A stretch of DNA of 56,264 nucleotides, counting the filler, from Jimgerdemannia flammicorona (Eukaryota), in the NCBI GenBank assembly GCA_003990765.1. It is 3 parts of 3 records of this genome, joined end to end, with 100 filler letters (N's around TTAATTAATTAA, not from the genome) between each part and the next. Parts side by side here need not be neighbours in the genome. Positions count along the whole stretch, not along the records: positions 1 to 18,691 come from RBNJ01002134.1; 2 more parts are not named here. One strand, written 5' to 3'. Below are positions 1-11,300 of this stretch, piece after piece (within the stretch, counting starts at the first letter, position 1; every line of letters begins with the position of its first letter). The notes beneath the pieces were generated by a model. The model was not told the DNA's origin and did not search any database. It saw only the letters and a program-made list of their open reading frames with translations. Both the position numbers and the translations under genes were made by a program.

Positions 1-3000
1 CCCCAACCCTGCCACCAGCTATTCAAAATGTCCAACAGCAACCATTCCCACTGGGCCATCTTATCACCAACCCCGACCCAACGCCCTCCCTCAAAGACAT
101 AAACCCAATACCTAGCTAACCTGACCCACATAGCTAAAGCCCAACTGAGGGTCAGCCATTCGTCTCCAACCCCCCCCACCAGTCACTGGTGCAGTTCTCC
201 CCATCTCCCTCCTCCCTCTCCTGCCATGGCAACCGGCCCCACCCTGTCCATAATATATCTCCAAAACTCCCCCAAAACCTCACATTCACCAAGCCAATGT
301 TCAGGCATTTGTACCACTCCTCCCTCCTGACCCATATTGAAACAATCCTCGCACTCGAATACCCCACCATCTACTAAGTATCCAGACCAATAATTCAACA
401 TCACATTCTGCCATAGGACCCACCACTACACCACTCAGAACTTGGGGAGCAGCCACTGCCACACCTGTTTGCTCCAGAGCCAGATTCCATTCCAATCCCA
501 CTCCTCCCCGATTCTGACCCTCTGCCAGGCTACTGGCCACAGGTCTCCACCTAGGCCCTGCAGACACTTCAGACCCTCGCCAAGCTGAAAGTCCTCCACC
601 AGAACACCACCCATTAGAAGCCTGTCTCACCTCCACATCTGTGGTCCCCAAACCTCCTCGGCCTCATCACCTCACCACCAAAGTCCAATTTTCTTAGCAC
701 CATCCACCACCCCCTACCAAAAGCCCGTAAACCACATCCTCCTGCTCTCTTCCATGGCCACCATCATGAGCAGGTCACCGGAGCCACCACGAGGGGAGTA
801 CCAAACCTCCCACAACCTCTGCATGAGTGGTACCCACTCCCGACCTCTGAGCTCGCTCGCCTTTCACAGCCACCAGGCTCTCAGACATAGAAGCCACTTA
901 GTAAAGTCCACTAGGCCCAGCCCACCTCTTTCCAAGGGCAGTGTGAGCACCTCCCAACTAACCTGGCTTTGCCGCCCTCCCCAGATCCATGACTTCGCCA
1001 TCTTCAACAACCCCTTGACCACCCAGGCTGGGAAATCCAAGTGATATCCAACATACCACAGCTTCGGCATCCAGTACACATTCAACACCATCACCCTTCC
1101 GGCAAGGGACATATGCCGGCCTCCCTACCACAGCAAAACATTACCCCACTCCAGAAGTTTATAGTCCCACCATGCCCAGGGAAGAAGAGATCTGAATACC
1201 AAGAAGTAAATCCCCAAGTAGCACACTGGTTCACCAGCTGGTACCACCATCCCAATAACATCGCCACCAACAATTCCAGCACCCAGCACCAGCATCTCAC
1301 ATTTGTGCCAGTTTAGTTTAGCACCAGAACCCTGCTCATACCATTCCACAGTCCTCTGTAACTCTCTCACATCCCCCAAGGAGCCCAGCCCGACCACCAT
1401 ATCATCAGCAAAGGCCCCCACCTTCCAGTTTACCCCTAAAATGTCCAAACTGCCAATCTTATGCCGAATCCTGTCCAGTAGTGGCTCCAGGGAAAGGGCA
1501 TACAATATGGGTGACAGGGGGTCCCCTTGTGGAACCCCCCATCCCAGGGAAAAGGTCACCCCCCTGTGGCCATTGATGACCAATACCACCTGACTGTCCT
1601 CCAAGAGGCAGATTAATGATCCTCGAAACCCCAGGGGGATATCAATCTGCTTCAGCACTCTCTCTAGCCATATTCTCTGCACTCTATCATAAGCCTTCTC
1701 TTGGTCCAGAAACACTAGTCTGCTGTCCACCCCTATCACCTGGGTATCTTCAATCACTCCATGAACCCAGGCTATCCCATCTCGAATCAACTGACCTCCG
1801 ACAAACCCACATTGCTCCACACTAAGCACCTGCTGAGCGATACCTTGCAATCTCATTACCAAGATTTTTGTCACCAGTTTGCAGTCCATGTCAAGAAGCA
1901 TAATTGGCCACCAGTTCCTCCAATCCTCTCGCCTACCCTTATTCTTATAGAGCAAGGAGACAAGCCCTAAGCACTGTCCCCCAATCCAGGCCCCTGACCA
2001 AAGAACTCCATCACATATAGCAGTCATTTCCTCTAGTACCTCACCCACCCCAGTCATCTTCCGCCAAAAATCCCAGGGAAGTCTATCCTCTCCCAGGGCT
2101 GTCCCCTTACTCATTGAAGCCATAACCCTGCAAATCTCCTCGCCACTCACTGGGTCCCCCAATGCCCCAAGTCCCATTGCAGGGTCTGGGTGGCAATCCC
2201 CCAACTGCCTTTCAACATCCAGAGCATCCAGTCCCCCTTCCTCCTCACTCCAAAGATTTCCCCACTGGGTTCACAATAGGCCCAGAATTGCCGGAGTCTC
2301 TACCACTAGCTCACTATCCTCATTCAAAACTCCCTCCCACCTCTGCCTCATTCATCGTGCTTGTAACAACTGTGACAAGAACCTGGTAGGCCTCTCCCCC
2401 TCCTCAAGCCCCTACCACTGCAGGCAGGCCACCATTCCCTGCAACTACTCCTCCTCCTTCCTTTATAGCACCCCTTTGAGCTCCTCCACCTCCTGCCGGA
2501 TTCTCGCAATATGCCAATCAGCCATGGCCCCATCCTCCAGCACTCCTGCCCATCTCTCCATGAGTGCTGCCAGATACTGCGAGGCCCACCATACCTGTCA
2601 CCTTCACTGGGCATACTTTCCTTTCTCTGCTTCCCTCCAATATCCCTGAGCCTTTGCCTTCAGCCTTCTCCAGCGGGCCCCAATCTCCAGACCTTGTTCC
2701 CACCACCTGCCGATATTCCCCACCACTTCCATTTCCCATCCCTCCCACAACACCCTATCCTCTAACAAGGAAGAATTTAGCTGCCAATGTCCAGGCCCAT
2801 CCTCATTTCCCCCAAACCTCCTCCCTCCAAGCAGCCCCCAGTGATCAGACCATGGACACCATATGACTTTCAGTACCAACCAGATATCTGCTCCCCAACA
2901 CTCTGCCGTTAGAACCCAGTCAATCCTAGAGCCCAGTCCTGCCACCCAATGGGTGTACACCTGCCGATCAGCCCACAAATGTCTTCCTGAGTCCACTAGA

Positions 3001-3521
3001 GAACACAACCTCTCCGTCTCCAACCAGTCACCCAATCCACTACTTTCACCCTGCACACCTCTCCCTCCATCAGTTCTGTTCAACTCCTTATCCCGTACCA
3101 TGTTGAAGTCACCCCCCAAACAGTCAAACCCAACTTCTCCTAACACACCAGCCTCTTTCAAGCTGGGAATCCATTCCACCCTCTCCCCTCTCTCAGCTGG
3201 GCAGTAACAGGACCCAACCATCAGCAAGCCCCATCCAGGCCTCCTCCACACTCCCCACACCACCCGAGACCCCCAATGTCCAATGTCCCCAATATCCCCT
3301 ATCCCTTTCTGAATGAGAATACACACTTTCTCCCTCCAAACTGCTGTGCCCCCCCATTCCTTAGTCTAATTCTGTAAGTCCACATCTGCCTCATAACAAA
3401 CATCCTACAACAAGAATAGGTCTGCATCCAGTCCCTTAAGCCAACCAAATATATACTTCCTCCTAGCCGCCCCCCATAACCCATTAATGTTCAATGAGAA
3501 TATCCTAGTTGTACTGTTCAT
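1..3521 (-). pseudogene. LINE-A ORF2 (APE endonuclease, reverse transcriptase, zf-RVT-like C-terminus), disrupted
   Basis: Starts MNSTTRIFSLNINGL at 3521. APE motifs: GGDFN, SRIDW, WSDH. RT motifs: LDQEKAYDRV, GVPQGDPLSP, FADD, YLGI. C-terminus ECEDC...PEHWLGEC. Several stops and frameshifts. Confidence 0.92.
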
Positions 3522-3552
3522 ATTGAAGAAATGTTGTAATAGAGACCCCAAC

Positions 3553-5409
3553 CTATAATTCCATGCTCATCTCATCCCCTGCCAGATCCAAGCACCGCTC
3601 AGCTTCCAAGTCACCCTTCGCAATATCCTGAGCATTCAGTGCCCCCAAGATTTCCTGGTATTCTACCCTGTCTATCTCCTCCATATCTACCCGGTAGTCC
3701 AAGCAGACTACATGCCACTTCTCCAGTCCCTTCCTCGAATTCCACAAGAAAAGTGCCCTGTCACTTGCAATTCTCCTAAGTTCTTCCTCACGCTGATCAT
3801 CAACTTGATATTCAACCAACTCCAGGAGGACAGCCAGGATCTCATTCCTCATCTTCCTCAACACCTCCTTCCCCCGTAGGATCTCCTCCCAATGCCTCTC
3901 CTCCATCATCCTGAAGTCCTCACCCCACAGCTCTTCAGCCGCTATCTCTTCCAGGGTCTTCCACATCCACTTCTCCTCATCCACTGCCTCTGCCACCCCC
4001 TGAGCGATTTGTCCCCCATCCACCTCAGAGTCCACCAGCACGCTCCTCCTCACTGACTCATCCCACTCCTTATCTGGCACATCCATCAGCTCCTCCTCCC
4101 CCTCTGCCCCATCCAGAACACTATACTGAGGGTGCACACCCTCACCCATTTTGGCATCTGCCTCCAAATTGCCCTCCCTTCCCTCCTCCACTCCAATCTG
4201 AGCCCCGTCCCAGGCCATCTCTCCCCCCTCAGCCCAGGCACTCTCCTGCAATCCTGCAACTCCCTCCCCTGAGCTTCTACCAACCCTACCCCCACCCTCC
4301 ATCCGGACCCTCTTCCCATCCACCTCCCCCACCACCGTCCTGGCCTCAAACTCCTTTCAGGCCAATCTCCTCCTTGCAACCACCCCTTCCAGGTCCTCCA
4401 GAGCCTCCAACAGGTCCTCCTCCTCCTCCGGCATCCCCTTCACCCATGTGACCTTATACTCCACTGGTCCCCACCTCAGCATTGCTGGCCAGTCCCTCGA
4501 CTTCCCCGTATTCTCCTTCCCAGCCAGCCTCACCCTGACATCAACATCACCAGTTCGCAGCTCCATGCCCTCCTAGACCTTGAACCCAACATCCACAATC
4601 TTGTCATACTCCTTGATCACCTCTACAACCAACTCCCTGGTCCTTTCCTTCAATACAGTAGGGAGGTCCAACACCGTCAACTGCACCACTCGGGGGTCCC
4701 AGTGCATGCACTGGGCCATAGGGACCACAACCCTACCAACCATCACCCCCTTCTTCATGGCTGCCAACAAGGCATCTTCCTCCTCGAACCCCACCTCAAC
4801 CCCTTCTTTTCCCCTCAAAAACTTCACTGACACTGCTCCCTTAGCCTCCTGTGCCACCAGCCCCAAAATCATCCTCGCCATCACTGCTAAGCCTCGGAAG
4901 CACATTGTGACCATGAATTCTGACCTCGACTTCTTGAGTAATGGGGCTGACACCATGCCCATCACCCCATCTGTCAGGTCCCCGGGCCTTGTGCCCACTC
5001 CCAGTCCTGAATTGCCAACTGCCATCACATCTGAATTTTTTGCTAGATCTCCAGTCACAGCCCCATCAACAGTCACATCTCCAGCCCCTACTCCTGCTCC
5101 TCTCCTGCCACCTGAGACTTCCCTGGGTACACCTCCCTGTCCCCCAGCAGCAGCTGTTGACACCATCCCCAGGCCCAGTCAACCATCAAGGCCTGAGGCC
5201 ATCTTTCCCATTCTGACCTTGTCAGCAAAGGTCAACCTCTCCCCTCCTCTCTGTCTCAGCCTGCCTCTCCCTCCACCACCAGGGCCTCAGCTAGCCATCG
5301 AGGCCCCTGGTATTCCCAAACCATCTCCCCTCCTCCCCACCTGCTGCCAGCCGAAGATGCCATCTCCCCCCTGGCCAGTACACTCACCAGTTCGATCATT
5401 GCCATCCAT
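3553..5409 (-). pseudogene. LINE-A ORF1 (RRM-like nucleic-acid-binding protein), disrupted
   Basis: ATG at 5409 (MDGNDRTGE...). Fragments 4573-5166, 4357-4566 and 3553-4335 are homologous to ORF1 of LINE-B and LINE-C (SVKFLxG, WDPRVVQL, RTGDVDVRVRL). The RRM assignment is inferred from position and pattern. Confidence 0.8.
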
Positions 5410-5490
5410 ATTGATAGTCACTGGACACTAAAAATGTAGTAAAAAGTGTTATCTGAGTCTTGTGTCACCCGAATGTTACTGGTGAAAGAG

Positions 5491-6790
5491 TCGTAATAAT
5501 AGTTCTCTGCTATCAAGTCTCTCTCTACTCTCTACCATTAAGCCTCTATCAGTTCTCTACCATCAAGCCTCATTAATAAGAATTCAGCAGTAATGAACCT
5601 CTATTGATAATTCTCTACCATCAAGCCTCTATTGACTGTTCTCTACCATTAAGTCTCTATCAATTGAGAATAATAGTTCTTTGCCATCAAGTTTCTATTA
5701 ATTGAAAATTTAGCAGTGATAATAGTTCTCTGCCATTGAGTCTTCATTAATTGAGAATTTAGCAATAATGATAGTTCTCTGCTATTGAGCCTCTATTGAC
5801 CATTCTCTGCTATCAACCATTCTTAGCTATTGACTATTCTCTACCATCAACTGTTCTCTGCCATTGACTATTCTCTGCTATTGGATCTCTATTAACTGTT
5901 CTCTACCATTGAGTCTCTATTGACCATTCTCTGCTATCAAGAATAGCAGTAATGAGCCTCTATTGACCATTCTCTATACCTCTATTAATGAGAATTTAGT
6001 AGTGACAATTCTCCATCAACAGTTCTCTACCATCAAGCCTCTATCTATAATTGAGCCTCTATTGACTATTCTCTGCCATTATGTCTCTATCAATAAGAAT
6101 TCAGTAGCAATAAGCCTCCATCAATAGTTCTCTGTCATTGAGTATCCATTAATGAGAATTCAGCAATAACAAGTCTCTATCAATGAGAATTCAGTAGCAA
6201 TGAGCCTCTATTGATCATTCTCTGCTATTGACTATTCTCTATTATTGACTATTCTCTGCCATCAAGTCTCCATCAACTATTCTCTGCTATCAAGTCTCTA
6301 TTAACTATTCTTTACTATTGAGTCTCTATTGATCATTCTCTGCCATCAAGTCTCTATTGACTGTTCTTTACTATTGAGCCTCTATTAACTATGCTCTACT
6401 ATTGAGCCTCTATTGACCATTCTCTGCCATCAAGAATTCAGCAGTGACAAGTCTCTATTGACTGTTCTCTGTACATCTATCAATGAGAATTCAGTAGTAA
6501 TAAGCCTCTATTGACAGTTCTCAGCCATTAAGTATCCATTAATGAGAATTTAGCAATAATGAGCCTCCATCAATGAGAATTCAGTAGTAATGAGTCTTCA
6601 TTGACCATTTTCTACCATTAACTATTCTCTACCATCAAGTCTCTATTGACTATTCTCTGCCATCAAGTCTTTATTGACTATTCTCTACCATTGAGTCTCT
6701 ATCAACTATTCTCTGCCATTGAGTCTCTATTGACTATTTTCTGCTATCAAGCCTCTATTGACTATTTATTACTATCAAGTCTTCATTATA
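5491..6790 (+). repeat. Degenerate modular minisatellite array A (~27-30 bp units such as ttctctgccatcaagcctctattgacta and aatgagaattcagcagtaatgagcctctatc)
   Basis: Dozens of visibly reiterated units that differ mainly by transitions. Confidence 0.9.
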
Positions 6791-6819
6791 TATATAATAT
6801 AATTATAAAAATATATTTA

Positions 6820-7372
6820 TCTGTTGAAGTATATCTTCACCAGTCTAATATCTTTTATGATTTTTGCCAACTTCAAATAAAATACATACCTTCTATAAAA
6901 ATATTACTACCATTTTTGAATATTATTCTTCAGATATAGCTAGATATCTAATAGTGTCCAGAAGAAATTTGCTCACCATTAAACAAGCACCTCTACTTTT
7001 TTTTTGTAAAAGTTATTCTCTTTTTGGTCTCTATCTATATCTAAGATCATTATTAGCATTGAAAACAGCTTTATCATAAGTAATTAAGATATATTGTTCT
7101 CTAAATAGAATGTTATATAATAATGATTGAAGATCTTGATTATATTTAACCATTAATAATTCTCATCCAGCTAGTTGTTGTAAAAATTATTTATGATAAG
7201 CTTTAATATCTATACATTCATAACTATCAATATAAATTTCTTTTCTGTATTTACTATAAATATATCCCATTTTGATTATCTATCTTCTGACAGTTTCTTT
7301 ATGAATAGTTGTCACTTATATTGATAGATTAAGTGTTGGAAAAATCTCTATCTCCAAATATCTTTTAAGTAT
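6820..7372 (-). pseudogene. Decayed IS630-Tc1-mariner-type transposase, catalytic-domain-proximal part (C-terminal end missing)
   Basis: Minus-strand translation TIHKETVRR*IIKMGY..KEIYIDSYE..ITYDKAVFNANND..LQKKSRGACLMVSKF..VGKNHKRY*TGEDIL. This matches, via transitions, the fungal Tc1-like pattern TARRW..G..YxDGHER..THDESxFxAND..KKGxGxSxMVSDF..GKNxDGYW. Confidence 0.75.
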
Positions 7373-7869
7373 TATAACATAGTGGACACTTACTCTTGAA
7401 AGTATGTCGGATTTCTGTATCTTGAAAACTTGACTGTTCTGACTCTTGCAGAGTCTCTTGAAGTTGCAGGGGAGGGTGGGTGAGTTCGAAGTGTATCTGC
7501 TCACACGCTTACTAGTTCCTTTGCTATCTCTTTGCTTTTGAACTATTTCGATCTGAGGTTTATTCACTCTAAGATACTGGGTTATTTATATAAGTTTTGC
7601 TAGCTATAAGGTGGCTAAGTTATAACTATGTTTTCTGTGAGTCAGCAAGTATAAATTCTCTACATCTGTCAGAATCTTTATGATTGTGAAGGATTTACAT
7701 CTGTAGAATTTCTACAGTTGCCAAAGTTTCTACAAATGTTAAAGTTTCTACATTTGTAAAATATGACTGCTATTTGTAAGGCTAAGCTATATTGGGAATT
7801 GGATTCAGGTACTACAATCAAATGTCTAATTCTCCTGATTCATGTTACTAATTCGGATTGACCATCACA
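7373..7869 (-). repeat. El1 3' LTR
   Basis: Direct repeat of 13646-14142. Termini t(g>a)taac...catcaca. Minus-strand TATA-like and AATAAA signals near 7555-7592. Confidence 0.93.
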
Positions 7870-7880
7870 ACTTCCTCCTG
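7870..7880 (-). promoter_or_regulatory. El1 polypurine tract
   Basis: Minus strand caggaggaagt directly abuts the 3' LTR. Confidence 0.7.
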
Positions 7881-7910
7881 AATAGGTGATTCATCCCTAA
7901 AGTATCCTAT

Positions 7911-8372
7911 TCACTCAAACTCCCAGGCTTCTACAATCTGTATCTCCTTGTACTGTGCAATTTGCATCATCATATTCTTCCAATGTTGTCTCCTAATCTG
8001 TCTGAAATCTCCTGGGATTACTTCTTGAAGATGAGCTAGAGCTGACTCATCATCTTTGAATAATTTGTGCACTCTCTTGGTGATCGTGATCTGAATGTAG
8101 GTGAGCTGACATTCTTTAATCTAGTCTTTTTTCCCCATCTTTGGATTTGAATTCAGTAGTTGTCCTAACTTGAAGTATTCCTGAAACTCAGTTTGTATCA
8201 GATAGGCTTTGAAGTGTGAAATTCATGATAGGTGGGTCTGGACTATACTTTGTATACTACCAAAGGATTCCTCCATTGTTGGTAGTTTGGTAGAATACTA
8301 TTGTCTCTCTATGGCTCATTGGGCAGTACTGGTGATCTTGAGGGCAGCTATATTACTTTGTTGGCTGGTCAT
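7911..8372 (-). pseudogene. El1 accessory ORF3 (~150 codons, env position, unknown function)
   Basis: The ATG overlaps the end of pol. Reads MTSQQSNIAAL...KAYLIQTEFQEYFKLGQLL...TKRVHKLFKDDESALAHLQEVIPGDFRQI...AWEFE*. Contains stops and one frameshift. Motif spacing matches El2 ORF3. Confidence 0.6.
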
Positions 8373-11300
8373 GGTACTTCTTGAGTCTGTTTTGGTGGAT
8401 AGTAGTGGGGATGATTGTGTCTGAGAGTTTTCATAGCCAAAAGGTAGTCCCTTTTATATCTTGTACAAGGTAAGGTCCTTTCCACTTGGGCTCCAGTTTT
8501 TATGACCATAAAGCTTCTACCATATTCTAATACACTAGGACTTTGTCTCCTATCTTGATAATCTCCAAGAGTTTGTGGGGTTTTTCCACATTCCTCTATT
8601 GTAGTGTCTGCGCCTTGGTTATGTAATCCTCAGCCTTCTTTCTGATTTGGTGTAGTCTCCATATTTCCATATCCACATATTTCCATACAGCATCTCTATT
8701 GGATGATAGAGTTCCCTGAGAACATTCTTCTCCAAACAATATTTCTCGAGGGATAAAGTGGATGCTTTGTGATCAGATATCCTGGAGAGCAGATAATACT
8801 ATTAGCAGATAGTGATCCCAGTTCTTGTAGTTATCGCAGATCTTAGCAATAATATTCTTGAGGGTCTTGTTAGTCCTTTCTACTTATCCGTTTCCTTGAG
8901 GGTGATATACTGTAGTCTGAATATGCTGAATCTTGTACTTCTTGTAGAGAACTTCAAAGAACTGGTTTACAAATTCTGTTCCTCTATCTGTAGTTACTTG
9001 CAATGGGGTCTTGAATCAGCAGATAATTTCTTTATAGAAGAAATTGGTGATTGACTGTGCATTGGCTTCCATGAGGGGTCCTGCTTCTATCCATTTTGTA
9101 AAAAGGTCTATAATGATGATGATGTATCAGTTGCCAGTCAAAGTCAAGGGTAGAGGGCCGATTACATCTATTGCAATGTGGGCAAATGGACTGGTTCTAT
9201 GTGTGCTGATCCTGGGGCTTGATTTCGTTGGTCTTGTTTCTGTTTCTGGCATTTGTTACAGGTCTTGATGAATTGTCTGATATCTTCCTCCATCCTTAGC
9301 CACTATATTGTTCTTCTTGTCTTGTCATATGTATTCGTTCCTCCTAGATGGCCAAGTTCATATATTGATTTCATTGCTTGCTCCTTCTTGTATTCTGGTA
9401 TGACTAGTAGTTTTCTTTTTTTCAATATTTCTCCATCAGTTTCGAATTGTTTCTATGTTCTATTGATAATCATTTGTGTCTATTCTTCCAGATGTTGGGG
9501 CATCTTTTGCTGTCCCAGATATGTGATAATTCCATAGTAGAGCTCCTTATTCATGATTGATTTATTGGTTAGAGGTAGTTCAGGGTGTCCATGAGAGGGC
9601 ATCTGTATTGGCATTGATTCTTCCAGAGTGGTGTACAATGGTTACATCATAAGCTTGTAACTTCATTATCCATCTGGCATAGATTCCTTTAGATTGTCTA
9701 GTTGTCAGTAGCTAGGTGAGAGCTGAGTAGTCTATTTGGATGGTGAAGTGTCTTCCAGCCAAGTAGTAGTGGAACTTTTCTATGGCCTAGATGACTGCAA
9801 GGTATTCCAACTTATAGGATTATTATTCTTTTTCAGCTCCTTGGGTTCCACAGCTGAGGTATGTGATGACATGCTCCACTTTATCTTTCTTTTGAGCTAG
9901 GTCTGCTCCTAGTCCTTGTGTACTTGCATTAGTCTGTAGGATGAATTCTTGAGTCCAGTCAGGTCTTCTGAGGATGGGTGCCCAGGTCAGTCTAACCTTG
10001 AGTTCATCAAATGCCTTTTGTTGTCTGCTAGTCTACTGGAACTTGGTATCTTTCTTGTTAAGTTCATAGATTGGTCCTGCAATATTAGAAAATCCTCTAA
10101 TAAATCTGCAATAATAGAAGGCAAGTCCCATAAAGGCTTGGGCTTCCATAACAGTGGTGGATCTTGGGTATGCTGCCACTGCTTGTATCTTGAGAGGGTC
10201 TGTGTGTATTCCATTTCAGTTGATGATGTGACCAAGATAGGAGATCTCGATTTCTGTGAATTTGCATTTCTTGAGCTTAATGTATAGGCCATGCTCTCTC
10301 AGTCTTTCCATTATCTGCTGGATGTGCTGCAGGTGTTCTTCTGGTGTCTGGCTGTAAATGATTATATCATCAACATAGACCATCATCCATCTTCCCATAT
10401 TATAGCAGAAGATTTTGTTCATCATTTGCTGGAAACTTGCTGGTGCATTGCACATTCCAAATAGCATTCATAGGTAGACATAGGTTCTGTCTGAGATGAT
10501 GAAAGCTGACTTTTCACTTGCCATGTCTGTAAGTCCAATTTGGTGGAATCCTGAGTATAAGTCCAAAGTACTGTAGTACTGTGCTTCATCTCTCAGTGTT
10601 ATGAGGATGTCATTGATGAGGGGCAGTGGTTGGCGATCCTTCTTGGTAACCATATTGAGCTTTCTGTAGTCAACACAGAGTCTTGGAGTGAATTCTCCAG
10701 GCTTGCTGCCTTTTTTCAGGGCTAGTATAATAGGTAAGGACCAGGGGCTGCTGGCTTCTTTAATGATGCCAGCTTCTTCCATCTGCTTAATTTCTTCTCT
10801 GAGCCATTCTTGGTAGGCTGGTGGGACAGGTCTTGCCTTCTGATAAATTGGTTCAGTGTCTCCAGTATCTACTTCATGATAGTAGTGTGGGGTCTTTCCT
10901 TTGATATCCTTGAAATCTGTGGCAAGGACATCTTCAAATTTGTGAAGTATTTCCTTGAGTTCTTTCTTGAGTAGAAATTTATTTCTGATGGTATAGCTGT
11001 GCTTGCTTGTGTTTTCCTCCTTATTATGCTCGAGTTCGGTGATCTTGGTGCTGGTGAATACTCCTCTTCCTGTGGATCCAAATCCTTTCTTTCCTCTTTT
11101 CATTTCCTCCAGCTTCTTAACTTCTATGATCTTTGGTTGTAGGATCGGAAAGATCAACATTTGCACCAATCGGTCTTTCTTCTTGACTGGAAATGGGATT
11201 GTAGGATTGTGATTCCTAGCAATGAGTAGAATTTCTCCAGTATAGTCTGAATCAATGACTCCTCCTTTGATTGTGATTTTGCTTCTAGCCAGGCTGCTTC

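Larger units (their letters stand above)
1..5488 (-). mobile_element. L1/Tx1-like non-LTR retrotransposon (LINE-A); 5' end intact, 3' end cut off by the window/contig start
   Basis: ORF1 is followed by ORF2 with APE endonuclease, RT and a C-terminal Cys/His motif. The 5' terminus (plus strand gagtcttgtgtcacc.gaatgttactggtgaaag, ending 5488) is shared with LINE-B at about 36850-36883. Confidence 0.93.

Noticed and set aside
4580..5431. Long antisense Ser/Pro/Thr-rich ORFs over LINE ORF1s (also 34900-35652 and 49369-50121)
   Set aside because: Explained by the C-rich antisense strand of G-rich coding sequence. No independent motifs.
5491..6790. CRISPR-like appearance of the ~28-bp repeat arrays (also 14970-18625)
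   Set aside because: Units are degenerate and abut each other with no unique spacers. There are no cas genes and the context is eukaryotic TE DNA.
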